Shown here one piece after another: positions 19,321-28,902 of a stretch of DNA of 64,000 nt. The stretch is taken from assembly GCA_041661165.1 (NCBI GenBank), contig JBAZVA010000001.1, forward strand, positions 9,101 through 73,100, in the 5' to 3' direction. Source of the DNA: Candidatus Woesearchaeota archaeon (lineage in GTDB: Archaea > Nanobdellota > Nanobdellia > Woesearchaeales > JBAZVA01). The notes beneath the pieces were generated by a model. That model saw only the letters and a list, made by a program, of their open reading frames with translations. It ran no database searches and was not told the origin of the DNA. A program made the position numbers and the translations under genes. The stretch's first letter is position 1. Each line of letters starts with the position of its first letter.

Positions 19321-19503
19321 ATTATGATTCAGAACAATACCCTCTCACCTTATACTATTTTCAAGTAGTTTCCTTTTAGTTACAAAAATTTGCATTTTTT
19401 ACTGAATTTTATCCCTATATTGCTTAAACTTATCCATAATTTCTCGTCAGATATAAGAATGTGTAATTATTATATCAAATAAGTGTACTCACATCGTGAA
19501 AAT

Positions 19504-19821
19504 ATGGTTTCGTTAGTAGATATTTGGATAAAAGCGGCGGTAGAAAGAAGGATTCTAATAGTTGACTACTTTGACAAGGAAACAAAAACTGCGTTTTTTC
19601 AGGAAGAAATTGAACCACATTACATTGGATTTTCTCAAAATGGTGGTAAAAGGAGTCTTTTTGGTGCATTAAGAAATAAAGGATTAATTGTATTGGAAAC
19701 TAACTCTATACTTCGTTATACTTTGTCTAATAATACTTTTACTCCTGTTGAACATGTGAAGATGAGACGAACAGAAATGATTTATGATAAAAAAGTCTTA
19801 AAATACAAGAAAATCGCATAA
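19504..19821 (+). CDS. small WYL-domain-like protein
   Basis: RRILIVDYFDKE...EIEPHYIGF...LFGAL...NSILRYTL follows the WYL-domain beta pattern weakly. ATG at 19504. Confidence 0.4.
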   Translation: MVSLVDIWIKAAVERRILIVDYFDKETKTAFFQEEIEPHYIGFSQNGGKRSLFGALRNKGLIVLETNSILRYTLSNNTFTPVEHVKMRRTEMIYDKKVLKYKKIA

Positions 19822-19829
19822 TTTTCAAG

Positions 19830-19885
19830 GAACGTACTCTTCTTAGATTGTTAGTGTTGTTTTTCGTTGTTGAAAGAGTACGTTC
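19830..19885 (+). terminator. perfect 12-bp stem (GAACGTACTCTT / AAGAGTACGTTC) with a 32-nt loop, followed by a T-run
   Basis: Seen directly, 9 nt after the stop at 19821. TTTTATT follows the 3' arm. Confidence 0.35.
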
Positions 19886-19922
19886 TTTTATTCATACTTT
19901 TTTTGCTATTTTTTCACAAAGT

Positions 19923-19949
19923 GGGATAAATTAATGTATTTTTTTATCC
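19923..19949. promoter_or_regulatory. palindromic operator candidate GGGATAA-N14-TTATCC
   Basis: Inverted half-sites at 19923-19929 and 19944-19949, about 50 nt upstream of the 19998 start. Same architecture as 23080-23107. Confidence 0.4.
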
Positions 19950-19997
19950 TATATAATCCAAAGTTTAATAAGAACGCTTATTTTAAGTATATTAATA

Positions 19998-20300
19998 ATG
20001 GGGACTATCTTAAGCTCAAAAACAACAAAAGAAGGAAAAGTTATCCATGAAGTCATGGTTGATTACGAGGAATCTTTGCAATTAAGGGGTAATATTCAAA
20101 ATGTTCACATTTTTTCTGAAGATGTTGCTGATATAAAAACAAATTTATCAGGTAGGGGAAAAAACGAAGCGACAAAATATTTTTTAATTCCGAGAGAATT
20201 AAGAAAAGATGTTCAATTAAAAGATAAAGTTACTTGTCAAAAAATTCAGACCGATTCTAAAGTTGTTTTCATTTACGTAGTAGATAAATTGAGGTTTTAG
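19998..20300 (+). CDS. small protein with possible AbrB/SpoVT-like C-terminal segment
   Basis: KYFLIPRELRKDVQLKDKVTCQKI resembles the looped-hinge-helix pattern. First gene of a tightly coupled trio. Confidence 0.4.
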   Translation: MGTILSSKTTKEGKVIHEVMVDYEESLQLRGNIQNVHIFSEDVADIKTNLSGRGKNEATKYFLIPRELRKDVQLKDKVTCQKIQTDSKVVFIYVVDKLRF

Positions 20301-20301
20301 T

Positions 20302-20973
20302 GTGAAAAGAGAGTCAACAGGAATACCAAAGGTTGATGAGATGTTAGAGGGTGGTTTTCCAGCTTCAAGCATAATTGGAATTTCAGGTCCTCCTGGTGTC
20401 GGTAAATCAATTTTTGCATTACACTTTTTACTTGAAGGTGCAAGAAATAATCAAAAGTGCGTATATGTTAATCTTGAAGAACCATTATCGAATATTAATA
20501 ATTTGATTAATGAATTTAAGTTTGGCAAAGAATTTACTAAATTTGTAAAAAGCGGAAAAATTGTGATAAAATGTTATAATTATTCAGAATTCGAAAATAT
20601 TTATTCCGATTTCTTTTTAAAAGTTAATGAAGAGAAAGTTCAAAGACTTGTAATTGATAGTTTTAATGTTTTTTTTACTTCTACTTTTTCTTCAAAAGAA
20701 ATTCCGACAGAGATAAATATAAATAAAATGATAAATAAAGCAATCTCAATATTGAGAAAAGATGATTTAACTACGGTATTAATACTTGAAAAACATAAAG
20801 ATAATTACAATGTTCCGTATCTGGTTGACGGTATGATTGAATTTGATTTTTTAGATCTAGGAATGATTGAAAGAAGACTATTTGTTTCTAAAATGCGTTG
20901 GACTAATCAATATAAGGAAAGTGTGCCTTTCGAGATAACTGAAAAAGGAATTGTTCTTAATGATGAAAAATGA
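20302..20973 (+). CDS. KaiC-like / RecA-superfamily ATPase (single domain)
   Basis: GIPKVDEMLEGGFPASSIIGISGPPGVGKS (Walker A) and RLVIDSF (Walker B). GTG start 1 nt after the upstream stop. Confidence 0.8.
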   Translation: MKRESTGIPKVDEMLEGGFPASSIIGISGPPGVGKSIFALHFLLEGARNNQKCVYVNLEEPLSNINNLINEFKFGKEFTKFVKSGKIVIKCYNYSEFENIYSDFFLKVNEEKVQRLVIDSFNVFFTSTFSSKEIPTEININKMINKAISILRKDDLTTVLILEKHKDNYNVPYLVDGMIEFDFLDLGMIERRLFVSKMRWTNQYKESVPFEITEKGIVLNDEK

Positions 20974-22085
20974 GTACTATTGAAGATATTTCTAGTTTTG
21001 TATTTACTAGACTATTTTTTCCTAAAAAAATAATTATTGATACCCCTGGAATAATAATAAATAAGCTTATGCAAAAATATGGTACTTCTCAAAGTCAGCA
21101 CAGGGCACTGTTTTTTTTTGAAGATATTATGTCAAATCTCCAAAAGAAAAGTATACAAAAATTGGGCGAAAGGGAAGCGTCTGAACTTTGGTATGAAGTC
21201 GGAAAAGATGTTGCATATCGTTATTTTTTCTTAAGTAATACGAAAAAATTACCTTCTTTTTTACAAAAGACGACAATTGAATACGCTTTAGGGGGATTTT
21301 CTGCAGCAGGACAAACTTTTGCTAAAAATGTTGTTTTTGATTCTTCTAAAAAAAGTTTGATCGCGAAGGGCGATAATAATATTGTTTGCAGGAAAACAAA
21401 ACTTGGTGATTTTTCTTCTGGGCTTGTAAGTGGAGTTGTTTCTTTTTTTACTGGTGAAAATATTGAAGCAAAAAATATGTGTCGTTGTCCAAATTGCTTA
21501 ATTGTTGCAAACGCAGAAATTCCAACAAGATACCTTCCAAATTTGGACAAAATAAAAGTAGATTTACAAAATTATAATTTGAATTTCCCCTATGTGTTGA
21601 TTAATAAAAAAGAGGGACATTCTTTTAAGGATTTGATAAAGTTTAGAAAGATTATTGTAGATAAAAATTCAAAACTTTCCTATGGTAATCATGCTTTAAT
21701 AATAGGAGAAGTAGGGTTATTTTATATTATTGCAGACAAATTCATAGAAAAAACATCAGTAAGAGAGTTCGAATTTGTTGTTATTTCCTCATCTGAAAAA
21801 ATTGCAAAAGGTATTTTAAAAAAACACCATTCTGAGCAAGAAAAAATAAATGAAACATTTAAAGTACTTTCGGCGCTGGGGTTTGGTACTTTTAGTTACA
21901 AAAAAGAAAAAAAATTATTTAAAGTGACGAGTACGTGGACTCCTTACTGTAATAATAAATTTTATTTTCAATATCTCATATTATGTGGATTTATGAACAC
22001 TATTTACAATACTAAATTTTGTGTTCAATCAATGCGTTTTGAAAAGAAAGAATCAAAGTTACACCTTTCATTTTTTCCACATTAA
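20970..22085 (+). CDS. hypothetical protein with V4R-like (4-vinyl reductase type) small-molecule-binding segment
   Basis: CRKTKLGDFSSGLVSGVVSFFTGENIEAKNMCRCPNCLIV resembles the V4R C..G...G....E..C...C pattern. Overlaps the upstream stop by 4 nt (ATGA). Confidence 0.5.
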   Translation: MSTIEDISSFVFTRLFFPKKIIIDTPGIIINKLMQKYGTSQSQHRALFFFEDIMSNLQKKSIQKLGEREASELWYEVGKDVAYRYFFLSNTKKLPSFLQKTTIEYALGGFSAAGQTFAKNVVFDSSKKSLIAKGDNNIVCRKTKLGDFSSGLVSGVVSFFTGENIEAKNMCRCPNCLIVANAEIPTRYLPNLDKIKVDLQNYNLNFPYVLINKKEGHSFKDLIKFRKIIVDKNSKLSYGNHALIIGEVGLFYIIADKFIEKTSVREFEFVVISSSEKIAKGILKKHHSEQEKINETFKVLSALGFGTFSYKKEKKLFKVTSTWTPYCNNKFYFQYLILCGFMNTIYNTKFCVQSMRFEKKESKLHLSFFPH

Positions 22086-22101
22086 TTGCTCTATTTCATA
22101 A

Positions 22102-22992
22102 TCAGTTTTCAAGGCCTTCAATAGTATCTTTTTCAAAAGCATTGTCTTTAATTAACAAAGCTAAATCTGGCAACCATGAAAAACAATGAATCAAAAAAAA
22201 CAAGAATGCCGGGAACGCAAAGTCTACGGATTTTCCTATGAGAAAACTTACAGTGATAAAGAGCATAATTGTTCTTGTTGTTCTAAGTCCCAGTTTCCAC
22301 TCTTTCATGTCTATGCATATGAAGACAAAATAAGTTAAAACAAGGAATATTATGCCACAAAAAAAGTAGGAATTGTGCATATTAAATATAAAGCTCGATA
22401 AAACTATTAGAACAAAGGAAGAAATATAAAATATTTTAAGTAATCCTGATGTGTTGTCATATTTTGTACCTATTGTTTTATATCCTCTTAATTTGTCTTC
22501 TTCCCATCCTACCATATTCTTTATGTTTAAAATAAACCAATAAATTATATACATAAATCCGGATAACAATAGTGCAAAGCTAATGTCCAATCCTAATAAT
22601 AACCCGGATGACAATATTGGAATTCCAAAATTTGTTGCACAAAGAACAGATATGTCTGCAAATAAATATTTTCTAGATACTGTGTTATATATATATCCCA
22701 AAACTATCCATGCAACAACTGTAAAAAAAATTATTTTATTATAAAACGATAATAATATTGAAAGCAAAACCATTCCAATAAATACAAGTTTTGCATATTT
22801 TGGAAGAATATAATCGTTATCTTGTATTGCATTGTGAATGCTAAATCCACTGTATAATAAAATACAACAAATTGCAAGAAATAATAAATTCAAATTTAAA
22901 GTATTGATAAAAGCAACAGGAATTAGCATAGTTGCCACAATATGTATCGTTCTTTCTACTCTAGTAGCTTTGACTAAATTCAACAGACTCAT
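22102..22992 (-). CDS. UbiA-family prenyltransferase (possible archaeal lipid DGGGP synthase type)
   Basis: About 8 predicted TM helices, Asp-rich NAIQDNDY and a second acidic loop WEEDKLRGYKT. Divergent from the GGPP synthase gene. Confidence 0.65.
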   Translation of the reverse strand: MSLLNLVKATRVERTIHIVATMLIPVAFINTLNLNLLFLAICCILLYSGFSIHNAIQDNDYILPKYAKLVFIGMVLLSILLSFYNKIIFFTVVAWIVLGYIYNTVSRKYLFADISVLCATNFGIPILSSGLLLGLDISFALLLSGFMYIIYWFILNIKNMVGWEEDKLRGYKTIGTKYDNTSGLLKIFYISSFVLIVLSSFIFNMHNSYFFCGIIFLVLTYFVFICIDMKEWKLGLRTTRTIMLFITVSFLIGKSVDFAFPAFLFFLIHCFSWLPDLALLIKDNAFEKDTIEGLEN

Positions 22993-23079
22993 TCCATGTT
23001 CCCCCCTTTATCTTAAAATGATAAAAATCTTCTAGTATTTACATCTTTATCTTAATTTAGTAGTAATACTATCTAAAAT

Positions 23080-23107
23080 GGGATAAATTTAATATAAAAA
23101 TTATCCC
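23080..23107. promoter_or_regulatory. palindromic operator candidate GGGATAA-N14-TTATCCC
   Basis: Lies in the divergent spacer between the UbiA (22992) and GGPP synthase (23197) starts. Same half-sites and 14-nt spacing as 19923-19949. Confidence 0.4.
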
Positions 23108-23196
23108 GAAATGTAAATAAAACGTCATTTAGTCCGATTTTGAACAGAAACCAATATTAATAAGTAAATTTAGAACAAGTAATATAAGGGGAATAA

Positions 23197-24231
23197 ATGG
23201 AAGCAAAATTTCTTGAAGAAAAAAAAGAACAAATAGAAAAATCACTTAACACTTTTCTACCAAAACAAATTGATAACAATTGGTTAATAAAAAATATAGA
23301 ACAAAATAATTTTAATATTGAATTATTTCAAAAAATTCTTAATCCTATTTGGAATTTATTAGAACGAGGAGGAAAACGCATGCGACCCGCACTTATGCTT
23401 TTGTGTTACGAAGCATGTGGTGGAACAAAAAATATTGATGAATTTATTCCACTTGTAGAAATTATTCACAACGGAAGTCTGATGGTGGATGATGTTGAAG
23501 ATTCCTCTGAGAAAAGAAGAGGTTTGCCATGCACACATCTGTTATACGGAGTTGATGTTGCAATTAATTGTGGAAATTTAATGTATTATCTTCCAACAAA
23601 CATAATAAAAAATTCAAATATTTCAAAAGATAAAAAGTTAAAAATTTACGAACTTGTATCTGAAGAACTTAACAAGCTTCATTTTGGACAGGGTATGGAT
23701 ATTTTGTGGCACAAGGGAGAAGTAAAAAAAGTAAGTGAGAAAGAATATCTTTTAATGTGTGCATATAAAACAGGAACACTTGCAAGAATGTCTGCAAAAC
23801 TTGGCGCGATTTTGGCAGATGCGGATGACCAAACAATTGATGCTCTTGGAAAATTTGCAGAATCAATTGGAATTGCATTTCAGATAAAAGACGATATTCT
23901 GAACATTTCAAATACTGAGTGGGGGAAAGCTTTCGGCGATGATATTACAGAAGGAAAAAGAACTCTTATGGTTATACGTGCTTTAGAAATTGGTGCAAAA
24001 AAAGACAATGATAGATTGATAGAAATTCTTTCATTAAAGACAAGAGACCAAAAGTTCATAACAGAGGCCGTTGACATATTAAAAAAATACGATACTATTT
24101 CATATTCCAAAAAGATAGCAGAAGAGATTGTTTTAACGTCATTAAACAAACTAGATAAATTATTAGAAGAGTCAAAGGAAAAAGAGGAGTTGAGACAATT
24201 TGCTCATTTTGTTATTGATAGAAAGATATGA
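23197..24231 (+). CDS. polyprenyl (geranylgeranyl) diphosphate synthase
   Basis: First Asp-rich motif LMVDDVEDSSEKRRG and second Asp-rich motif FQIKDDILN. Confidence 0.9.
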   Translation: MEAKFLEEKKEQIEKSLNTFLPKQIDNNWLIKNIEQNNFNIELFQKILNPIWNLLERGGKRMRPALMLLCYEACGGTKNIDEFIPLVEIIHNGSLMVDDVEDSSEKRRGLPCTHLLYGVDVAINCGNLMYYLPTNIIKNSNISKDKKLKIYELVSEELNKLHFGQGMDILWHKGEVKKVSEKEYLLMCAYKTGTLARMSAKLGAILADADDQTIDALGKFAESIGIAFQIKDDILNISNTEWGKAFGDDITEGKRTLMVIRALEIGAKKDNDRLIEILSLKTRDQKFITEAVDILKKYDTISYSKKIAEEIVLTSLNKLDKLLEESKEKEELRQFAHFVIDRKI

Positions 24232-24271
24232 TTTCTTTCAATGAATTTTTATTTAAAATTTTAAAATTTAG

Positions 24272-24841
24272 TTATGTGTTCACAACTTTTTTAAACAAAT
24301 TATTTAATTCTTGATTTTCATATATGAATTGTCTTGCTAATTTTTTTGACTTTTCTGACATTCTATCAAACATATATTTAATTTTGAAATAAGTCATATT
24401 TGATTCACTTTCGTGTTTTTCAAAATAATATTCTAAATTTGATTGAAAAAAAGAAAGACTATCGGCATCCATTAATATGTTAGTTTCTTCATCTCCTCCA
24501 ACTTCATGATTTAAAACAAGATGTTTCACTTTTTTAATGAACTTTTCATCAAATTCATACTTAAATAGTAATTCTGATATTATTTTAGAACTTCTTTTTG
24601 AGTGTTCTTCTTTAATTTTGTCATAATCTTTTATTTTTTCAGCTTCAGTTTTGTTACTTTTTTCTCTTCTACCCCTTTCAATATCGTGAGAAAGTGCAGC
24701 AATTTGTAGTGCCTCATCAGCATATGGTTTTAATTTTAATAGCCATTCAAGTGTGGTTTTTGAATGTGAAATATCAGTTTTTGAAAATGAGTTAGCAATA
24801 ATTTCTTCAATTTCTTTTTTTAGTAATTCTATTTTCTCCAT
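24272..24841 (-). CDS. HD-domain phosphohydrolase
   Basis: AALSHDIERG (HD dyad) and LNHEVGGD. Confidence 0.7.
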   Translation of the reverse strand: MEKIELLKKEIEEIIANSFSKTDISHSKTTLEWLLKLKPYADEALQIAALSHDIERGRREKSNKTEAEKIKDYDKIKEEHSKRSSKIISELLFKYEFDEKFIKKVKHLVLNHEVGGDEETNILMDADSLSFFQSNLEYYFEKHESESNMTYFKIKYMFDRMSEKSKKLARQFIYENQELNNLFKKVVNT

Positions 24842-24926
24842 GAATTTACTGATTTAATGGAATTTAATAATATTCTGTTTATGTATGTTAGACCTGCTTT
24901 TTTATAAAAAATTGACGTTATTTAAT

Positions 24927-25068
24927 AAGTCTTCACCAGCTTTGCTTACATTGCTAATAATAGTGCCAATTTAATCATATATTCTAAAGAACAAACTTAA
25001 TTACTGCATACTGTTACCTCGTAAGAGGTAGCCAAGTGCAACGCGGCTATGCGTGCTGGTAAAGACTT
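24927..25068 (-). repeat. intergenic element, subfamily B, carrying module I in inverted orientation relative to the host (25017-25050)
   Basis: Plus strand reads AAGTCTTCACCAGCTTTGCTTACATTGCTAATAATAGTGCC...ACTGCATACTGTTA[CCTCGTAAGAGGTAGCCAAGTGCAACGCGGCTAT]GCGTGCTGGTAAAGACTT. Confidence 0.9.
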
Positions 25069-25090
25069 CAAAAACAGGGTAAAAATGTCT

Positions 25091-25218
25091 GCTCTGTAGA
25101 AAACATACACGGCCTTGCATATGTTGCAATAATAGTTACTAATTTTACTTGCTGTATCTAAAGAACAAATTTTAATTGCTTATTACTTATGCTTGCCGGT
25201 TGAACGTTTCTACAGAGC
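25091..25218 (-). repeat. intergenic element, subfamily B (diverged), 22 nt from the previous copy
   Basis: GCTCTGTAGAAAACATACACGGCCTTGCATATGTTGCAATAATAG...GCTTGCCGGTTGAACGTTTCTACAGAGC. Confidence 0.8.
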
Positions 25219-25350
25219 TAAAATGTCGTTAAATTTATAAACCACTACGCGCCCGTAATTACTACAATACTGGGGGTTTTGGGTAATAAACAAATACACA
25301 CTCTAAGCCACTAAAAACTTATACTAATATTTAGAAAACGGTGATGAAAT

Positions 25351-26970
25351 ATGTCAAACAAGATGAAACAATCAATAATGCCAGATGAGGCTCAAAGAAC
25401 AATGGGAAAAGATGCACAACGAAATAATATTCTAGCCGGGAAATTGGTTGCAGAAACAGTAAGAACAACTCTTGGTCCAAAAGGAATGGACAAAATGCTT
25501 GTTGATAGTTTAGGTGACGTTGTTGTAACAAATGATGGTGTAACAATTCTTAGAGAAATGCAAATTGAACATCCTGCTGCAAAAATGATTGTAGAAATTG
25601 CAAAAACACAGGAAGCAGAAGTAGGAGACGGAACAACTACTGCAGTAATAATTGCTGGTGAACTTCTAAAAAACGCAGAAGCACTTTTAGATTCAAATAT
25701 TCATCCTTCTGTAATCACAAAAGGTTACAAAATTGCAACAGACAAAGCATTAGAAATTGTAAGAAGCTTTGCAACAAAAATTAATATTAATGATAGAATT
25801 GTTTTAAAAAATATTGTTGAAACAGCAATTACTGGTAAAGGTCCTGAAGATAAAAAAAATCAACTTGCTGAATTAATCGTAACAGCAGTAAAAGCAATTG
25901 AACAAAACGGAAAAGTTGACAAAGAAGATATCAAAATCCAAAAAGTAATTGGTGGCGGAGTAGACGATTCTTATCTTGTTGAAGGAATAGTTATTGACAA
26001 AGATAAAGTGCATGAATCAATGCCGACAGTTATTGCAAATCCAAAAATTGCACTGCTGAATTCTCCGCTTGAAATAAGAGAAACAGAAATAGATGCGAAA
26101 ATATCCATTACTGATCCAATGCAAATGCAGGCATTTATTGACCAAGAAGATATGATGATAAAAAGAATTGTTGACAAGGTAAAAAAGAGCGGAGCAAATG
26201 TAGTTTTCTGTCAGAAAGGTGTTGATGACTTAGCAGCACACTATCTTGCAAATGAATGTATTTTAGTTTCAAGAAGAATTAAGAAAAGCGATATGGAAAG
26301 TTTATCAAGAGCAACAGGTGCAAAAATTATTAATTCACTTGATGATTTAAAACCAGATTGTTTAGGTTTCGCAGGAAAAGTTGAAGAAAGAAAAGTTGGC
26401 GAAGAAAAAATGATTTTTGTAGAAAAATGTAAAAATCCAAAAACTGTTACACTTGTATTAAAAGGCGGAACAGAACATATTGTTGATGAAGTTAAACGTG
26501 CTTGTGAAGATGCAATTGGTGATTTGAAAGCGTCCCTTGAAACAGGTTTTATTGTTGCAGGCGGAGGAAGTGCAGAATGTGAAATTTCAAGAAAACTAAG
26601 AGCATTTGCAGAATCCCTTGGCGGACGAGAGCAATTAGCAGTTAAAGCATACGCGGATGCACTTGAAGTGATTCCAAAAACGTTAGCGGAGAATGCAGGG
26701 TTTGATCCAATTGATATTTTAACGGAATTAAAAAGCGCTCACAATGCAGGAAAAATTCACGCAGGTGTCAATGCATATACAGGAAAAATTGTTGACATGA
26801 TGCAAGAGGGAGTAATAGAACCTTTAAAGGTAAAAACTCAGGCAATTCAATCCGCTGGAGAAGTATCTGTTATGATTCTAAGAATCGATGACGTAATTTT
26901 GGCATCAGGACTTAGTAGAAATGCGCACGGACCAGGAATGCCTAGTCCCGATGATATGGGCGGAATGTAA
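25351..26970 (+). CDS. ths: thermosome subunit (group II chaperonin)
   Basis: [18 protein letters not shown] and [11 protein letters not shown], plus a C-terminal GGM tail. GGTGAT Shine-Dalgarno-like sequence upstream. Confidence 0.95.
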   Translation: MSNKMKQSIMPDEAQRTMGKDAQRNNILAGKLVAETVRTTLGPKGMDKMLVDSLGDVVVTNDGVTILREMQIEHPAAKMIVEIAKTQEAEVGDGTTTAVIIAGELLKNAEALLDSNIHPSVITKGYKIATDKALEIVRSFATKININDRIVLKNIVETAITGKGPEDKKNQLAELIVTAVKAIEQNGKVDKEDIKIQKVIGGGVDDSYLVEGIVIDKDKVHESMPTVIANPKIALLNSPLEIRETEIDAKISITDPMQMQAFIDQEDMMIKRIVDKVKKSGANVVFCQKGVDDLAAHYLANECILVSRRIKKSDMESLSRATGAKIINSLDDLKPDCLGFAGKVEERKVGEEKMIFVEKCKNPKTVTLVLKGGTEHIVDEVKRACEDAIGDLKASLETGFIVAGGGSAECEISRKLRAFAESLGGREQLAVKAYADALEVIPKTLAENAGFDPIDILTELKSAHNAGKIHAGVNAYTGKIVDMMQEGVIEPLKVKTQAIQSAGEVSVMILRIDDVILASGLSRNAHGPGMPSPDDMGGM

Positions 26971-27037
26971 TTATTTTATTATTTTTTTGGTTTAATACTC
27001 ATCAGCTTGCTATGAGAATATGATTTTTCAGACATTT

Positions 27038-27538
27038 TTATTTTATTTGCTGTCCTAATTTCTTTTGAAAAGTTTTAGAAAAAGGTAAGTAAAAAAATTT
27101 AGGTAATTTATTTTTATGTCTAGATGTAAATGTTAGAAATTGCAATCTATGTTCCCAGATATTGATCATACAACCAAAATCCCATAAAGGAGGGACTAAA
27201 ATAGTTACATTTTTACTTACTCTTCTAAGTTCATCAAAAAATTTTTTAGGATTATCAATGTGTTCTAATGTATGAGAACAAATTGTGTTTTTAAATTGTT
27301 TATCTTTGAATGGCAATTTATATATATTTTTTACCAATACAAATTTCGAAACATCTCTTTTAACAATATCTGCATTGACTCCTTCACACGAAGTATTACC
27401 ACAACAAATATTTAAATCGAATTTTTCAGATTCTAAATATCTCTTTTTCATAAACTTATAATCAAGCCAATTAAGGAAGAATCCTAAAATAACAATACCT
27501 GTCAAAACTAATATTACTTTTATAACCATATTAAACAA
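27038..27538 (-). CDS. class I SAM-dependent methyltransferase with N-terminal TM anchor
   Basis: ICSHTLEHIDNPKKFFDELRRVSK matches the Methyltransf_11-type post-II region. Confidence 0.6.
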   Translation of the reverse strand: MFNMVIKVILVLTGIVILGFFLNWLDYKFMKKRYLESEKFDLNICCGNTSCEGVNADIVKRDVSKFVLVKNIYKLPFKDKQFKNTICSHTLEHIDNPKKFFDELRRVSKNVTILVPPLWDFGCMINIWEHRLQFLTFTSRHKNKLPKFFYLPFSKTFQKKLGQQIK

Positions 27539-27578
27539 TCAATCTGAACATATTAATAAGTCTTTCTACATATGGTGA

Positions 27579-27627
27579 GTAATAAGTATTCACACATATC
27601 GGTTTGATTTATTACTTATATGGAGTG
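27579..27627. repeat. short fragment related to the outer arms of the 37696-37968 composite
   Basis: GTAATAAGTATTCACACATATCGG...TTATTAC..GGAGTG versus GTAATAAGTGTTCACACGTACCGG...GGAGTGAACACTTATTAC. Confidence 0.5.
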
Positions 27628-27635
27628 TTGTTATC

Positions 27636-28814
27636 TTAAAATTGTTTTCTATTAATTAATTCAGAATATATTTCTTCCCACTCATTTATTATATATTTAA
27701 TGTCGTGTTTTTTAATTGTTTCTAGAGTGTTTTTTCTTAGTAATTCATATGTTTTTTTATTTCTGAGTAATTTTAATACAGAATTTGAAAATTCTTTTTT
27801 GTCTTTGTCTTTTACCAGAAATCCATTTACGCCGTTTTCAATAAGTTCAACTGTGGCCTTTTCTGCAACGCACACACATACTATTCCGTTTGCTTGTGCC
27901 TCAAGCATTGTTATTCCTTGAGTTTCAGTTTTTGAAGCAGTAACAAATATATCGCATGCGCCAAAAATTCCTGATTTTACCAAATCACTATGATCTATTT
28001 TTCCAAGAAGAATAACGTTATTTGTTATATTTAATTTTTTAATTTTTTCTTTTACCTCTTTAAACTGAGGTCCTCCTCCAACAATTAAAAGTTTAGCAGA
28101 ATTTTCTTCTTGAAAGACTTTTTTCATACATTCAAGAAGATAAACGATGTTTTTTTCGTGTGCTATTCTTCCTACGTACAATAGTAATTTTCCTTTTTTA
28201 TTATATTTTGCTTTAATTGTTTTAGATTTAGAATTATCAAATATTGAAGCATCAATTCCGTTTGATACTACTCTTATTTCTGGTTTTACATTTTGTGCTT
28301 CTATTTCTTTTTTTGTCACTTCTGATGGGCACGTTATTATGTCGCATTTGTTATAAAAAAAGTTAGAATATTTCCATGCTAATTTTTGAACGAAACTATT
28401 TGTTATTTTTATGTGCTTTAGATATTCAGGATCTGCGAAAAAAGTGTGAAAAGTTCCGACTATAGGTAGATTAAGGTACTTTGATAAAATTATTGCATGC
28501 ATTCCTACAGTCATTGGTACTTGAAAATGAATTAATTCTATTTTATTTTTTTTTAAATATGCCACCAATTCAAAATTAATAGGAGATGCAATTTTAAAAT
28601 CTTCATAAAAGAATGCAGGTATGGAGGATATTCTTTTTACTTTTATATTTTTATAAGAAAATTCTTTATCAATTTCGTATGATGGTGCAACAATGTATAC
28701 TTTATGTCCTTTATCTGCAAGACCTTTTGCAAGACTTAAAGTGGCAGTCACAACTCCATTTATTTGAGGTAAGAAGACATCAGTAAAAATTGCAATTCTC
28801 ATTTTTTTGGTCAT
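27636..28814 (-). CDS. GT4-family (GT-B fold) glycosyltransferase
   Basis: MRIAIFTDVFLPQINGV N-terminus, GRIAHEKN and an E-x7-E region (TETQGITMLEAQ). Start chosen at ATG 28814, downstream of a TATA-like box. Confidence 0.85.
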   Translation of the reverse strand: MTKKMRIAIFTDVFLPQINGVVTATLSLAKGLADKGHKVYIVAPSYEIDKEFSYKNIKVKRISSIPAFFYEDFKIASPINFELVAYLKKNKIELIHFQVPMTVGMHAIILSKYLNLPIVGTFHTFFADPEYLKHIKITNSFVQKLAWKYSNFFYNKCDIITCPSEVTKKEIEAQNVKPEIRVVSNGIDASIFDNSKSKTIKAKYNKKGKLLLYVGRIAHEKNIVYLLECMKKVFQEENSAKLLIVGGGPQFKEVKEKIKKLNITNNVILLGKIDHSDLVKSGIFGACDIFVTASKTETQGITMLEAQANGIVCVCVAEKATVELIENGVNGFLVKDKDKKEFSNSVLKLLRNKKTYELLRKNTLETIKKHDIKYIINEWEEIYSELINRKQF

Positions 28815-28902
28815 TATAAAAATATAACAATACACGTATATAAAAATATATTGTCATCTAATCATTAAGAAAGTAGAAAAGAAATAACACGTAATATTAA
28901 AC

